A DNA stretch of 64,000 bases, taken from contig JBBRAE010000001.1 in NCBI GenBank assembly GCA_038207085.1, forward strand, positions 64,001 to 128,000. The letters run 5' to 3'. Made by a program: the position numbers and the translations under genes. The DNA is from Armatimonadota bacterium (GTDB lineage: Bacteria > Armatimonadota > UBA5829 > DTLH01). The notes below the pieces were generated by a model, which worked only from the letters and a program-made list of their open reading frames with translations, was not told the DNA's origin and made no database searches. Positions 1 through 11,266 of the stretch are shown one piece after another; the first letter of the stretch is position 1, and each line of letters opens with the position of its first letter.

Positions 1-853
1 GAAACGCGATACCACTTCCCGGAGCGTCACTTTCACGTTTCCTTATCGCAAGCGCAAGCTGCAGCATAAAGAGCTCTTCGAACACGAGTCTCTTGCGCGC
101 GGCCTTGAGCGCTTCCAGGCTCTCTGGAAAGTGCATATTGCGAATCGCGTCGTGCGTGCCCATAAGGTCGAGCCGGTCCAAGAGCGTCACAGGCAGGACC
201 TCTTTGACGAGTGACAAATAACCGTCGAGCGCGGTCAGCATCAGCTTCCGCATCTGCCCCTGCACCATGCCCTCGGTCAGAGGGTACACAGGAACGACCC
301 GCTTCGCAGATATCGGGTCCTCGTCGGGCTTATACTCTTCCCACTCCGGGCTCTGGATCTCGATCCCCCAGCGCGACAGCTGAGCTGTTCCGTAGGCAAT
401 GATCTCCTTGCCTCGCATTTTCAGGAACTTGTCTTTCAGCCAATGCTGGTTGAACCACGACAGAGTGGCGACCCCGGTGCCGTCGTCAATGGTGACCTTG
501 GTGATGACAAAATTGCCACGCGGTCTTTGATTGTCCGCTGCGACGACTTTGCCTCTGATCGACACCTCTTCGCCACCGGAAAGACTCGCGATCTTTTCAG
601 TCCGCGATCTGTCCTCGTGACGCCTGGGGAAGTGAAGAATCAGGTCACGTACGTTAAAAATGCCCAGCTTGCCGAGAACACGTGAGTTCCGTTCCCCGAC
701 GCCCTTTACGTATTGCACGGGCGAGTCGAGTGTCCGAAACCCTGTGGCGACTTGCGCACCAGCCTTCACAGGCCGCGCACTTCTCGCCGTCGTGGACTCG
801 GAAGTGGGTGTCCTATATCCTGCCCGAGGGCCTTTTTGCTCTGTACCTGCCAT
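1..853 (-). CDS. recG: ATP-dependent DNA helicase RecG, N-terminal part (runs off the window edge)
   Basis: Manual minus-strand translation from ATG at 853 gives LDSPVQYVKGVG...KLGIFNVRDLILHFPRRHEDR and later ARKRLVFEELFMLQL, typical RecG N-terminal/wedge motifs. Absent from the ORF track because the stop is outside the window. Confidence 0.9.
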   Translation of the reverse strand, partial: MAGTEQKGPRAGYRTPTSESTTARSARPVKAGAQVATGFRTLDSPVQYVKGVGERNSRVLGKLGIFNVRDLILHFPRRHEDRSRTEKIASLSGGEEVSIRGKVVAADNQRPRGNFVITKVTIDDGTGVATLSWFNQHWLKDKFLKMRGKEIIAYGTAQLSRWGIEIQSPEWEEYKPDEDPISAKRVVPVYPLTEGMVQGQMRKLMLTALDGYLSLVKEVLPVTLLDRLDLMGTHDAIRNMHFPESLEALKAARKRLVFEELFMLQLALAIRKRESDAPGSGIAF

Positions 854-1031
854 TCGGAACCCCCGCTTGGTCGTTCAAATTATAAGTCTGCAACCCCCTT
901 TTGTCAAGCAGCATGAGTCACAGAAAGCGGTCACATACAGTATATCAAATTGACGCTTGGGTGTAAAATATGCGAAAATAGACCTGGTAGATTCACTTGA
1001 CCTGAATGCCTGCTCGGTGGTACCCTAAGCT

Positions 1032-1481
1032 ATGATCATCGATAGACTCGAACGAGCACCGTTATATTATGGTCTGGGCGGGGGGATAGCCCGCGGGCTC
1101 AGGTGGCTTGCGGCAACCGACCTGGATGCCATCAGCCTTGGCCGTCACGACATCGACGGCTTCGACATCTGGGCTGGTGTGAACGAGTATGATACAAAGC
1201 CTGTCGAAAAAGGCCTCTGGGAGGCGCACGAGAAATATATTGATATACAATATATTGTGCGGGGCTCGGAGCGAATGGGTTGGACGGATATCGAGCGGCT
1301 TCATGTCTCAAAGGAATACGACGAAGCGCGCGATGTGGTGTTCTTGGACGGAAATGGCGACCTCATTCTCGTGCCTGAAGGATCATTTGTTATATTCTTC
1401 CCTCATGACGGACATATGCCGATGATAGCGGCCGATTCTCCTGCTCAGGTTCGAAAAGTTGTAGTCAAGGTCGCGCTTTAA
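1032..1481 (+). CDS. YhcH/YjgK/YiaL (NanQ/TabA-like) family protein
   Basis: WEAHEKYIDIQY and FVIFFPHDGHMP...VRKVVVKV motifs; 149 aa. Confidence 0.85.
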   Translation: MIIDRLERAPLYYGLGGGIARGLRWLAATDLDAISLGRHDIDGFDIWAGVNEYDTKPVEKGLWEAHEKYIDIQYIVRGSERMGWTDIERLHVSKEYDEARDVVFLDGNGDLILVPEGSFVIFFPHDGHMPMIAADSPAQVRKVVVKVAL

Positions 1482-1596
1482 GCTGACACTTTTTCAACGA
1501 AACGACGATTTTAAACACGTCTGCCCGCTGGGAATGGGTATACCTTAAGCAGAATTTGCTGTATCCTTATTAGTAGAGAACGGTGGGTGAGACACT

Positions 1597-2517
1597 ATGA
1601 TTACACAGGTTGCACGCGCAGTTGATATAAAACAGTTCCTGCGCGGCGTTGTAAAAGAAAACGAGATGATGTCGCTGCACACCACTTACGGTGTTGGTGG
1701 CCCGGCGGATGTTTATGTGGAACCGGCGGATGCCGATGACGTCGCAGAGCTGATGGCTTGGGCTACAAGAAACGAGATCCCCTGGATTGTCTTTGGAGGC
1801 GGCGCAAACTTGCTGGTTTCCGATAAGGGCATTCGCGGTCTCGTGATTCATCTCGGACGGGCTTTCGCCAAGATTCGTGTAGAGGAAAATCAGATGATTG
1901 CCGGCGCGGGAGCCATCTTGCAGAAGGTGATTCAGGCTTCGGCGGACGCTGGTCTATCGGGCCTTGAGTTTGCGACGGCTGTTCCGGGCACTGTTGGCGG
2001 CGCTATCGTGATGAACGGGGGCACGCATCTGGGCCGGGTAGGGGACGTGGTTGAGTCAGTTGAGATCGTCACTGGCACGGGCGAGAAAGTGCTGTTTAGT
2101 CGTGAAGATCTTGAGTTTGACTACAGGTGGAGCATGCTTCAGACTGACAAGACCAAGATCGTGACTGAGGCTACATTTGGTCTTAAGCGATCGAGCAAGC
2201 TTGCAGTGATGCGCATAGTCGAGCAACTCCGTCAGCGCAGAGCGCAGACCCAGCCGACTCTTGGCCGAAGCGCGGGTTGTATGTTCAAGAACCCGCCTGG
2301 GGATCGCACTGCCGGTTGGCTTATCGACGAAGCAGGCCTTAAGGGCACGCGAATCGGCGATGCGATGGTCTCCGACAGGCATGCAAACTTCATCATAAAT
2401 GTGGGGAGTTCGTCGGCTACACAACTAAAGGCCGTTGCCGACTTGGTGCACGCCAAAATCAAAGAAGTTTACGATATTGATCTTGAGTTTGAAGTAAGGA
2501 TTGTAGGAGACTGGTAG
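1597..2517 (+). CDS. murB: UDP-N-acetylenolpyruvoylglucosamine reductase
   Basis: HTTYGVGGPAD, GGGANLLVSD, PGTVGGAIVMNGG, SAGCMFKNP, HANFIIN, LEFEV; division-cluster context. Confidence 0.95.
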   Translation: MITQVARAVDIKQFLRGVVKENEMMSLHTTYGVGGPADVYVEPADADDVAELMAWATRNEIPWIVFGGGANLLVSDKGIRGLVIHLGRAFAKIRVEENQMIAGAGAILQKVIQASADAGLSGLEFATAVPGTVGGAIVMNGGTHLGRVGDVVESVEIVTGTGEKVLFSREDLEFDYRWSMLQTDKTKIVTEATFGLKRSSKLAVMRIVEQLRQRRAQTQPTLGRSAGCMFKNPPGDRTAGWLIDEAGLKGTRIGDAMVSDRHANFIINVGSSSATQLKAVADLVHAKIKEVYDIDLEFEVRIVGDW

Positions 2518-2521
2518 ATTA

Positions 2522-3559
2522 GTGGACGGGAAGCTGAAGGTTGCAGTGCTGATGGGTGGGCTTTCGAGTGAGAGAGCCGTTTCGCTTTCGACGGGAAGAA
2601 TGATCCTTGAGGCGCTTGATAGAGACAAATACGCTGTTGTGCCGGTAGACGCGGCGTTGATTTCCGGCACGAACCGCAAGGTGCTTGCCGGATGCATGCA
2701 GCCGGTCGCTGCGATCTCCGAGGCCGAAAAGGCGCTGGCAGTTGTTGGTCCGCTTGCTTCGGTTGCAGAGATGTCGAATGGCCGCTCCGTAGACGTTGCC
2801 TTTATCGCTCTTCACGGCAAGTTCGGTGAGGACGGCACTATCCAGGGACTTCTTGAGCTCTTAGGCCTTCCTTACACTGGCTCGGGCGTGCTCGCAAGCG
2901 CGTTGGCGATCGACAAGATCGCCTCCAAGCGTGTGATGCGTCAGGCCGGGGTCTCGATGCCTGACTCTGTCGACATCACCCGCCGCTCAGAACTTAAGCA
3001 TCGCGACATCGTAGCTGAAGTCGCGCCTCTTGGTTACCCTGTTATGGTGAAGCCGAGTAAGCAGGGTTCAACTATCGGTATGAGCAAGGTCGAAAACGCA
3101 GGTGAATTGCTTGCGGCCATCGAAGAAGCATTTAAATACGATTCGCAGGTTCTAGTCGAGCAGTTCGTCTATGGCACAGAGATCACCGTCGGTGTGCTCG
3201 GCAACTCGGAGCCCGATGTTCTTCCCATCGTCGAGATCGTCCCGGCGAAGGGGATATACGATTTTGAGGCCAAATACACGCCTGGCGCCACTGAGGAGAT
3301 CGTTCCAGCGAGAATTTCTGATAACGCCGCCAGCCGCGCTCGCGAGCTTGCGCTTATGTCTCATGCAGCGCTTGGCTGCAGAGGGATGTCGCGCGTTGAT
3401 ATGATTGTACAGTCGGATGATGAGCTGGTCGTGCTTGAGGTGAATACTATCCCCGGCATGACCCCGACTAGCCTTCTGCCGACCGCCGCCAAAGCCGCGG
3501 GAATCGAGTTTCCAGAGCTGCTTGACAGGATTATTCAGCTCGCTCTGGAGGAGGACTGA
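2522..3559 (+). CDS. ddl: D-alanine--D-alanine ligase
   Basis: GGLSSERAVSL, LHGKFGEDGTIQG, YDFEAKY, LEVNTIPGMT. Confidence 0.95.
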   Translation: MDGKLKVAVLMGGLSSERAVSLSTGRMILEALDRDKYAVVPVDAALISGTNRKVLAGCMQPVAAISEAEKALAVVGPLASVAEMSNGRSVDVAFIALHGKFGEDGTIQGLLELLGLPYTGSGVLASALAIDKIASKRVMRQAGVSMPDSVDITRRSELKHRDIVAEVAPLGYPVMVKPSKQGSTIGMSKVENAGELLAAIEEAFKYDSQVLVEQFVYGTEITVGVLGNSEPDVLPIVEIVPAKGIYDFEAKYTPGATEEIVPARISDNAASRARELALMSHAALGCRGMSRVDMIVQSDDELVVLEVNTIPGMTPTSLLPTAAKAAGIEFPELLDRIIQLALEED

Positions 3560-3561
3560 GT

Positions 3562-4386
3562 TTGAGCTCGGCAGGTTCCTCTCGCAGAGTTACCCGTCAT
3601 ACCGCAAGCCACAAGAAGCAACGGCGAAACAAGCGCCGGTTCAACTTTCGTCGTCTGGTTATGCCGCTTTTCGTGCTCGCCATCGGGGCTGGCGTTGGAT
3701 ACGGTGTTAATCAGTTGATGACGACGCCGTCGCTTGCCGTGCGGGAGATCAGAGTCGGTGGCACGAGACTGATCACGCCGCACGCTGTCAGACTTGATGC
3801 AGCCCAGGCTCTCGGCAAGAACATTTTGGCTTTGAAGACCTCTGCCATAGCGCTAAAGGTCGAGAAGCGGCCTGAGGTCAAATCTGTTGAGATTGGCCGC
3901 AGGCTCCCAAAGACGATTATATTACGCGTCACAGAGCGGACACCGTTCGTGAACGTGACAAATGGATCAGGGATCTGGCTGGCAGACGCCAGGGGCCTGC
4001 CATTTCACCGAGTCAACGCTGCGAAGAAGTCGATACCAACGGTCATGCTTCCTGCTGAAGTGACGATCGTTGCAGGCAGAAAAGTGGCCCACACCGGCCT
4101 CGATAGTGCGATCAGGTGCATCGAGTCCGGGCCGGAGCTTGCGGGTCGTATCGCCAAAATTTCCGTTGACCGGGCGGGCAATCTGTGCTTAAATATTGGG
4201 AGTGACTTTTATGTGAAGTTAGGGCAGCCAATTGAGATTCCTCAGAAGATGAGAGAACTCACAAGGATGCTTGCCGCTCAGCCGGAAATCGGTGACAAAG
4301 TTGAATATATCAACCTGAGCTGCTACGACAGACCGGCTATCAAGCCGAAACCTGCGCCGGAATCGAAATCCGACGCGAACACTTAA
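3562..4386 (+). CDS. ftsQ: Cell division protein FtsQ/DivIB
   Basis: Basic N-terminus, single TM, POTRA-like segment (VREIRVGG...VKSVEIGRRLPKTIILRVTERTP); lies between ddl and ftsA. Confidence 0.85.
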   Translation: MSSAGSSRRVTRHTASHKKQRRNKRRFNFRRLVMPLFVLAIGAGVGYGVNQLMTTPSLAVREIRVGGTRLITPHAVRLDAAQALGKNILALKTSAIALKVEKRPEVKSVEIGRRLPKTIILRVTERTPFVNVTNGSGIWLADARGLPFHRVNAAKKSIPTVMLPAEVTIVAGRKVAHTGLDSAIRCIESGPELAGRIAKISVDRAGNLCLNIGSDFYVKLGQPIEIPQKMRELTRMLAAQPEIGDKVEYINLSCYDRPAIKPKPAPESKSDANT

Positions 4387-4401
4387 ACTGGATGTGCTCA
4401 G

Positions 4402-5136
4402 GTGGACAGTAAACACAGCAGAGGCTGGATAATCAGGATTACCTTTTTGTGCGCGATACTCGGCATGCTCATCGCGGCGTCACTTAGGACGCAGGGCAAT
4501 ATCAGGCGCAACTACGGCGTTGCCGGGATGAGGTTTGACGAGCTTGCCGGACTCTATCAGGGCAAGAGCCGGGAAAACGACCGGCTCAGGCTGCAGATCG
4601 AGAACCTTGAAAAGAAGAATACCGATCTTCTAAACACAATGGCTGCAGGCACGAGCGAAACCAGTGCCATTAACAAGGAGTTGCAGGAAGCAAAGTTCCT
4701 CGCGGGCCTTACCGAGCTTGAGGGCTCCGGGCTTACCGTGACTCTCCGCGACAGCCAGAAGAAAGACGTGGATACAGACCTGATGGACATTCAGGCCTAT
4801 ATCATTCACGATCTTGACATAAGAGATATTACAAATGAGCTTAAAGCCGCAGGCGCAGAGGCTGTGTCGGTTAATGGCCAGAGGCTCACTGCGACGTCGG
4901 CGATTCGATGCGCTGGCCCCGTCATTCTTGTTAACGATGTTGATGTTGCCGCGCCGTATGTCATCAAGGCGGTCGGCGAGCCGAAGACGCTTGAAAGCGC
5001 CCTTCGGATGCGGGGTGGCATAGTTGAGAGACTGCCCGATCCCAAGATGATCGAGATTCAGCAGTCACAGAAGGTTGGAATTGAGCCGTTTAGCGGCAGT
5101 AGGCAATTCCGATACGCTCATAAGGTTGAAGATTAG
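4402..5136 (+). CDS. DUF881 family division-cluster membrane protein
   Basis: N-terminal TM, coiled coil, AGLTELEGSGLTVTLRD, NELKAAGAEAVSVNGQR..SAIRCAG. Confidence 0.85.
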   Translation: MDSKHSRGWIIRITFLCAILGMLIAASLRTQGNIRRNYGVAGMRFDELAGLYQGKSRENDRLRLQIENLEKKNTDLLNTMAAGTSETSAINKELQEAKFLAGLTELEGSGLTVTLRDSQKKDVDTDLMDIQAYIIHDLDIRDITNELKAAGAEAVSVNGQRLTATSAIRCAGPVILVNDVDVAAPYVIKAVGEPKTLESALRMRGGIVERLPDPKMIEIQQSQKVGIEPFSGSRQFRYAHKVED

Positions 5137-5196
5137 TAAGTTTAGGACGGGCCTGCGCATGCTGGGTCCGGTGACAAAAGAGAGGTCATAAGGACT

Positions 5197-5559
5197 ATGT
5201 CTTGGTTGCCCGTGGTGGGGCTCATACTCGGCTTCGCACTCATCTACGGGACAGGAATTACCGTGCCCAGCCAGTATGCGAGCTATTTGTCGCTTGCCAC
5301 ACTTGCTGGGCTCGACTCGATTTTTGGCGGAGTGAGAGCTGCGCTGGAAGGAAAGTTCCACGATGACATTTTCCTGTCTGGTTTCTTTGTTAATACGATC
5401 CTGGCCGGTGTCCTTGCCTGGGTCGGCGATCAACTCGGGGTGAACCTGTTATTTGCCGCGGTTGTTGTACTTGGCGGCAGGATCTTCCTGAACCTTTCGC
5501 TGATTCGTAGATACTGGCTTACCAAGGTTGCTCTCTCTAAGCGGGAGAAGGGCAGCTAG
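5197..5559 (+). CDS. sbp: Small basic protein (DUF1290/Sbp family)
   Basis: YLSLATLAGLDSIFGGVRA, IFLSGFFVN, GGRIFLNLSLIRR; canonical position before ftsA. Confidence 0.85.
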   Translation: MSWLPVVGLILGFALIYGTGITVPSQYASYLSLATLAGLDSIFGGVRAALEGKFHDDIFLSGFFVNTILAGVLAWVGDQLGVNLLFAAVVVLGGRIFLNLSLIRRYWLTKVALSKREKGS

Positions 5560-5683
5560 GCAGGCGGCAGGAACGGAATATTGGTTCTCTGCCGTATACG
5601 TAACGGACAAATGAATATTTTGAACTGCTGGTCAGCATACAGGTGTAAACTAATGGCATGCTGTGCTTTCCAGGGAGGATTCA

Positions 5684-6925
5684 GTGGCTAAAAGCGAGAT
5701 TTTCGCCGGACTTGATATTGGATCAACGAAGGTGTGCACGACCGTAGCCGAGGTGTACGAGGACGGGCGTGTTGATATTATTGGGGTGGGGCTAGCTCCC
5801 TGCTCTGGACTAAAGCGCGGTGTGGTGGTCGATATGGACGCGACCTCGACGGCGATACGTGACTCGGTTGACCTCGCGCAGAGGATCTCCGGAGCGGAGA
5901 TTCACACTGCTGTAGTTGGAGTCACCGGAGAACACGTTTCTTCGCTGAACAGCCCCGGGCGCGTTGCGGTAACTCAGGACGATCATGAGATCAGGCGCGA
6001 ACATGTCGAGCGCGTGCTCGATGCAAGCCGGGTCATCGTTCTTCCTCCGGAGCGCGAGATTATTCACGCGATACCGCGTGGTTTTACAGTCGACGGTCAG
6101 GGTGGCATCAAAGACCCGCTTGGTATGGCCGGCAGGCGTCTTGAAGTTGAGACCCACGTCGTTACAGGCTCCAAGAGCTTCCTTCAGAACATCGTAAGGA
6201 GCACTCAGAAGGCCAACATCGAAGTCGAGGCTACAGTCCTTGGCTCCATTGCCTCTGGTCTTGCTGTCACGAACCAGGAGGAACGCGACCTCGGAGTCGG
6301 CGTCGTCGACATCGGCGGTGGGACGACCGACATTGCAATTTTTGTCGATGGTGAGATATTCTATACGGCTGTTCTGCCTGTTGGTGGCAGCCACATCACC
6401 CACGACCTCGCTGTTGGCCTTCAGACCTCGCAGGAGGAAGCTGAGAAGGCGAAAAGGGAGGCGGGTTGTGCTCGCGTAGATATGGTCGACCCGAACCAGA
6501 CAGTTCATGTCGCCGCGCTTGGAGCTGCTGAGTCAAAGCCGGTTCCGAAGCATATTCTTGCCGCGCTGATCGAGCCGCGCGTCGAGGAGATATTTGAGAT
6601 GATTCGCCGGGAGATCGATCGCTCCGGCTACCTCGGACTCCTTCCTATGGGAATTGCTCTCACGGGTGGAAGTTCGCTTATGCCGGGTATGGTCGATACC
6701 GCGACCCGGATTCTTGAGACGCCTTCGAGGCTTGAAATGCCCCGTGGCGTTGGTGGAATGGTGGACTCTGTTGCCAATCCGATCTACGCTACCTCTGTCG
6801 GCCTTGTGCTTTATGCGGCGCGACACAGGGTAGTTACTCAGACGGATGGTCGCAATGGCAGTCTGCTTAACAACGTAGTAAACGGCGTGACCGCATGGTT
6901 CCGCCAGAGAACGAAATCACGTTAA
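5684..6925 (+). CDS. ftsA: Cell division protein FtsA
   Basis: [36 protein letters not shown] start after GGAGG. Confidence 0.97.
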   Translation: MAKSEIFAGLDIGSTKVCTTVAEVYEDGRVDIIGVGLAPCSGLKRGVVVDMDATSTAIRDSVDLAQRISGAEIHTAVVGVTGEHVSSLNSPGRVAVTQDDHEIRREHVERVLDASRVIVLPPEREIIHAIPRGFTVDGQGGIKDPLGMAGRRLEVETHVVTGSKSFLQNIVRSTQKANIEVEATVLGSIASGLAVTNQEERDLGVGVVDIGGGTTDIAIFVDGEIFYTAVLPVGGSHITHDLAVGLQTSQEEAEKAKREAGCARVDMVDPNQTVHVAALGAAESKPVPKHILAALIEPRVEEIFEMIRREIDRSGYLGLLPMGIALTGGSSLMPGMVDTATRILETPSRLEMPRGVGGMVDSVANPIYATSVGLVLYAARHRVVTQTDGRNGSLLNNVVNGVTAWFRQRTKSR

Positions 6926-6983
6926 CTATACCGCGCCAGTCGCGGATCGTTTTTACGCTTTTGGACAAGAGAGGAGCGCGCTG

Positions 6984-8084
6984 ATGATGGCACATGGCGA
7001 GGAACGCTACGCCAAAATCAAAGTTATAGGTTGCGGCGGCGGTGGGAGCAACGCTGTCAACCGTATGATCGAAGCCGGGGTTTCCGGTGTCGACTTCATA
7101 TCGATGAACACAGACCTGCAGGTGCTGAACCTCGCGGGCGCTGAGCATAGGCTGCAGCTGGGAGAGAACCTCACGAGGGGTCTCGGAGCCGGTGGCGACC
7201 CTGAGATCGGCCGTCGCGCAGCTGAGGAGTCCAAACAGGACATCAGGCGCCTGCTTGAAGGTTCTGACATGGTCTTCATCACCGCTGGTATGGGTGGTGG
7301 CACGGGAACTGGTGCTGCTGCTGTTATCGCCGAGATATCCAAAGAGCTCGGCGCGCTGACCGTTGCGGTGGTCACCAGGCCGTTCGGCTTTGAAGGCGCA
7401 AAGAGGGCGAGATCGGCTGAGACCGGCATCGAGTCACTGCGCGACAAGGTCGACACGATGATCACCATCCCGAACGACCGAATCCTCTCTGTTGTAGAGA
7501 AGAAGGCGACTCTCACCGACGCTTTCCGTATCGCTGACGACGTTCTGCGCCAGGGTGTGCAGGGCATCTCCGACATCATCACCATTCCAGGTATGATCAA
7601 CGTCGACTTCGCTGATGTGAAGGCGATTATGGAGAACCAGGGATCGGCGCTTATGGGCATCGGTCACGGCGTTGGCGAGCAGAGAGCCATACACGCAGCT
7701 CAGGCTGCTATCGCGAGCCCGCTGCTTGAGACATCGATCGACGGAGCGCGCGGTGTGCTTTTGAACATCACCGGTGGTCTTGACCTCACATTGAACGAGG
7801 TCTACGAAGCCGCCGAGGTCATCTACAAGTCGACCGATGAGGAGCACGTCAATATCATCTTCGGAACCGTTGTTGATGAGAGAATGGAAGGCGAAGTCAG
7901 GATTACTGTTCTTGCCACCGGCTTTGATGTCAACCGGCCGGAGCGTCCTTCTGCGCGCTATGAAGGCAAGTCCGAGCCGACCTCAGAGCCCCAGCAGGCC
8001 GCAAAGCCGCTGGTCGAGGAGCCGGTACCAGTTGCGATGGGCGAGAGCGAACTCGACATCCCCGCGTTCCTGAGAAGAAGATAA
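6984..8084 (+). CDS. ftsZ: Cell division protein FtsZ
   Basis: [20 protein letters not shown] tubulin motif, INVDFADV, C-terminal LDIPAFLRR. Confidence 0.98.
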   Translation: MMAHGEERYAKIKVIGCGGGGSNAVNRMIEAGVSGVDFISMNTDLQVLNLAGAEHRLQLGENLTRGLGAGGDPEIGRRAAEESKQDIRRLLEGSDMVFITAGMGGGTGTGAAAVIAEISKELGALTVAVVTRPFGFEGAKRARSAETGIESLRDKVDTMITIPNDRILSVVEKKATLTDAFRIADDVLRQGVQGISDIITIPGMINVDFADVKAIMENQGSALMGIGHGVGEQRAIHAAQAAIASPLLETSIDGARGVLLNITGGLDLTLNEVYEAAEVIYKSTDEEHVNIIFGTVVDERMEGEVRITVLATGFDVNRPERPSARYEGKSEPTSEPQQAAKPLVEEPVPVAMGESELDIPAFLRRR

Positions 8085-8130
8085 TACGGTAGGCTGGGGG
8101 ACAGTCCCCGGCTCTACGATTAGCATACAC

Positions 8131-8166
8131 CGGCCCGGAGTCACGTGATTCCGGGCCGTTTTCTTT
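8131..8166 (+). terminator. Intrinsic terminator after ftsZ
   Basis: CGGCCCGGAGTC-ACGT-GATTCCGGGCCG stem followed by TTTTCTTT. Confidence 0.7.
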
Positions 8167-8180
8167 CGATAAGGCTGTAT

Positions 8181-9437
8181 ATGAGCGAGATACAAAGAAC
8201 AGTTGTCGTGATTGGGGCCGGTGCTGGTGGGCTGATGGCCGCCGGTCGAGCCGCCGAGTCTGGGGCCAGGGTTGTTCTCCTTGAGAAGGGGCCAAGGACT
8301 GGTAGGAAGCTCCGAATCTGCGGGAAGGGGAGAGCAAACGTTACAAACACCGCAGGGATCCAGGACTTCATCAAAGCCTTTGGTGACAACGGCAAGTTCC
8401 TGTATGGCGCGTTTTCTCGGTTCTTCTCAAACCACCTTATGCTGCACCTCGACCGCTTGGGCGTTCCGACAAAAGTCGAACGCGGCGGCAGAGTGTTCCC
8501 AGTATCCGACGATGCTGACGACGTCGCAAACGCGCTTGAGCGATGGTGCAAGCAGTCGGGCGTTGCTCTGCGTACAAACCAGAGCGTGCTTCAGGTGCTC
8601 ACCGGCAGCGACGGAGTTGAGGGTGTCATGACCCCTACCGGGATGATCGAAGCCGACGCAGTCATTCTCGCTACAGGCGGTATCACCTATCCGGCAACGG
8701 GATCAACGGGCGACGGCTACCGAATAGCCAAAGACCTCGGTCATCACTTGGTCGAGCCAAGGCCAGCGCTAACGGCAATGACTACGGCTGAAAAGTGGGT
8801 AGAGGAGCTTCAGGGCTTAACTCTGAAGAACGTCGAGGTACGCTTGCTTATCTCCAAAGAAGACGGCAGCCCCAAGCGTATCGCCAAACAGTTTGGAGAG
8901 ATGCTCTTCACCCATTTCGGCGTGTCCGGCCCAATTATCCTAACACTCAGCCGAACAGTGCTGGATCATCTCAAAACCGGAAAGATGGAGCTCTCCATCA
9001 ACCTAAAACCCGCGCTATCCGATGAACAGCTAACCCAGCGCTTTATCCGGGACTTCACCGGCACCCGTCACTTCAGAAACTATCTGGGTGATCTCCTCCC
9101 TCGGACGCTGATCCCGGTCTACGGGAGCCTGACAGGCATTCCAAGCGACCTGCCGATCAACAAGATCAACGCCGCCCAGCGTCGGAAAATGATCGATCTC
9201 CTGCACGACTTCCGCGTGACCGTAACCGGCCTGCGCCCCCCTGAGGAGGCGATAGTCACTGCCGGTGGCGTCGATATCCGAGAGATCAACCCGAAGACTA
9301 TGGAGTCGAAGGTCGTCAAGGGGCTTTACTTGGTCGGTGAGGTCATTGATATAGATGCGACAACTGGGGGCTACAATCTGCAAGCTGCATTTTCGACGGG
9401 CTGGGTTGCGGGGGAGTCAAGCGCAGCTTCAAGTTAG
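8181..9437 (+). CDS. HI0933/BaiN-family NAD(P)/FAD-dependent oxidoreductase
   Basis: IGAGAGGLMAA, GRKLRICGKGRANVTN, GEMLFTHFGVSGP, TGGYNLQAAFSTG. Confidence 0.9.
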   Translation: MSEIQRTVVVIGAGAGGLMAAGRAAESGARVVLLEKGPRTGRKLRICGKGRANVTNTAGIQDFIKAFGDNGKFLYGAFSRFFSNHLMLHLDRLGVPTKVERGGRVFPVSDDADDVANALERWCKQSGVALRTNQSVLQVLTGSDGVEGVMTPTGMIEADAVILATGGITYPATGSTGDGYRIAKDLGHHLVEPRPALTAMTTAEKWVEELQGLTLKNVEVRLLISKEDGSPKRIAKQFGEMLFTHFGVSGPIILTLSRTVLDHLKTGKMELSINLKPALSDEQLTQRFIRDFTGTRHFRNYLGDLLPRTLIPVYGSLTGIPSDLPINKINAAQRRKMIDLLHDFRVTVTGLRPPEEAIVTAGGVDIREINPKTMESKVVKGLYLVGEVIDIDATTGGYNLQAAFSTGWVAGESSAASS

Positions 9438-9550
9438 CATAAGAGAATATTGGCTAAATATTATGTTAACTACGCGTAGCATTATGTTAACACTGGTGAA
9501 GTGTGCACTAACCCGGGATGTTGCGAGACCAAGTGATAGGTGGAGGGAAG

Positions 9551-9584
9551 TGTTGTGGTCCCAACCTGCGTCAGGACCACAACA
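9551..9584 (-). terminator. Hairpin just downstream of araB (probable terminator)
   Basis: TGTTGTGGTCC / GGACCACAACA 11-bp inverted repeat between convergent genes. Confidence 0.5.
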
Positions 9585-9592
9585 GATTACTA

Positions 9593-11266
9593 TTATCCGC
9601 CGTGCTGTTCTTCTCTGATCGCTTTCAGTCGCTTCATCGCGTCGTTTGCGCCTCGACCAAAGTAGTCGTGAAGAAGTTTATACTCGGCGAAGAGCTTCTT
9701 GTAGACCTCATGGTTATTTGCGATTGGCTTGTAGGTGATGTCTTTCACCCGGGCCATCTTCTTTGCCGCGTCGAAGATGCTGTCGTAGCCGCCTGATGTC
9801 GCTCCTGCCGCCACTGCACCGAACATCGCCGAACCAAGCGCCGGAGTCTGAGGTGATGCGGCGATCTTTATCTCACGGTTTGTGACGTCAGCATAGATCT
9901 GCATCAGCATCGGGTTGCGCTCAGGCAGGCCTCCGCAGGCGTAGAGCTCATCAATCGTCACCCCATTTGAGTGGAAGGCGTCGATGATGATGTTCGTGCC
10001 GTAAGCTGTCGCCTCGATCAACGCGCGATACATCTCCTCGGGCTTGGTCGCGAGTGTCATGCCGATGAATACCCCAGTCAGGTCCACATCGACAAGCACC
10101 GAACGGTTGCCGTTCCACCAATCAAGCGCCATCAGCCCGCTTTCGCCGACTTTGAGCTTCTCTGCCTTCTCAGTGAGAAGCTGGTGAACCGAAATGCCTC
10201 GCTGCTTAGCTTCACCAGCGTAGGCAGCCGGAACACAATTCTCGACAAACCAGGCGAAGTGATCGCCAACGCAGGACTGACCAGCCTCATACCCGAAGTA
10301 GCCGGGGATGATCCCGTCCTCGGTGTAGCCGCACATTCCCTCAACGATCTTTGGTTCAGTGCCAAGCACCATATGGCAGGTCGATGTCCCCATGATCATC
10401 AGCATCTTGCCCGGCTCAGTGACGGTTGCTGCAGGGACTGCCACGTGGGCGTCGACATTCGCGACCGCGACTGCTGTGCCAGGGCGCAGACCGATCCGAG
10501 CGGCCATTTCAGTGGTCAGCTCTCCTGCTTTGTCGCCGATTGGGTAGATATCGTGGGACATCTTCTCGTCGACCACGTTCTCGAAACCGGGATTAAGCGC
10601 CTTGAAGAACGCCTTTGACGGGTAGCCGTCGGCCTTGGACCAGATGGCCTTATAGCCAGCGGTGCAGGAGTTGCGCCGCTCATTGCCGGTCATCTGCAGA
10701 ACGACCCAGTCCGCGGCCTCGATGAACCTGTCCGCCGCCGCGTATACCTCGGGGGCTTCGTCCAATATCTGCAGAGCCTTGGCGAAGAACCACTCCGAGC
10801 TTATCTTGCCGCCGTAACGTGCAAGCCAGGGTTCGCCCATCTCGCGAGCGACTTCGTTGATGCGGTTTGCCTCAGGCTGCGCCGCGTGGTGCTTCCAGAG
10901 CTTGACCCACGCGTGCGGGTTTGATCGCCACTTGGAGTCGAAGCAAAGCGCCTGACCTGCTGCGTCGATAGGAAGCATCGTGCAAGCTGTGAAGTCGATG
11001 CCAAGCCCGATCACATCGTCTGCCGTGACACCCGACTCCTTGAGCACGGCTGGAATAGTCTTCTCAAGCACGCGGATGTAGTCGGCTGGGTCCTGAAGCG
11101 CCCAGTCGGGCGGAAGTTTCTCGTTTGTCTCGGGCAACCGGTCGTCTATAACCGCGTGAGAATATTCATAGACCGACGTTGCGAGCTCTTGTCCATTGGT
11201 CACATCAACAAGGACTGCGCGTCCTGACAGTGTACCAAAATCAATGCCAAGAGAATACTTGGGCAT
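9593..11266 (-). CDS. araB: Ribulokinase (FGGY family)
   Basis: [51 protein letters not shown]. Confidence 0.92.
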   Translation of the reverse strand: MPKYSLGIDFGTLSGRAVLVDVTNGQELATSVYEYSHAVIDDRLPETNEKLPPDWALQDPADYIRVLEKTIPAVLKESGVTADDVIGLGIDFTACTMLPIDAAGQALCFDSKWRSNPHAWVKLWKHHAAQPEANRINEVAREMGEPWLARYGGKISSEWFFAKALQILDEAPEVYAAADRFIEAADWVVLQMTGNERRNSCTAGYKAIWSKADGYPSKAFFKALNPGFENVVDEKMSHDIYPIGDKAGELTTEMAARIGLRPGTAVAVANVDAHVAVPAATVTEPGKMLMIMGTSTCHMVLGTEPKIVEGMCGYTEDGIIPGYFGYEAGQSCVGDHFAWFVENCVPAAYAGEAKQRGISVHQLLTEKAEKLKVGESGLMALDWWNGNRSVLVDVDLTGVFIGMTLATKPEEMYRALIEATAYGTNIIIDAFHSNGVTIDELYACGGLPERNPMLMQIYADVTNREIKIAASPQTPALGSAMFGAVAAGATSGGYDSIFDAAKKMARVKDITYKPIANNHEVYKKLFAEYKLLHDYFGRGANDAMKRLKAIREEQHGG

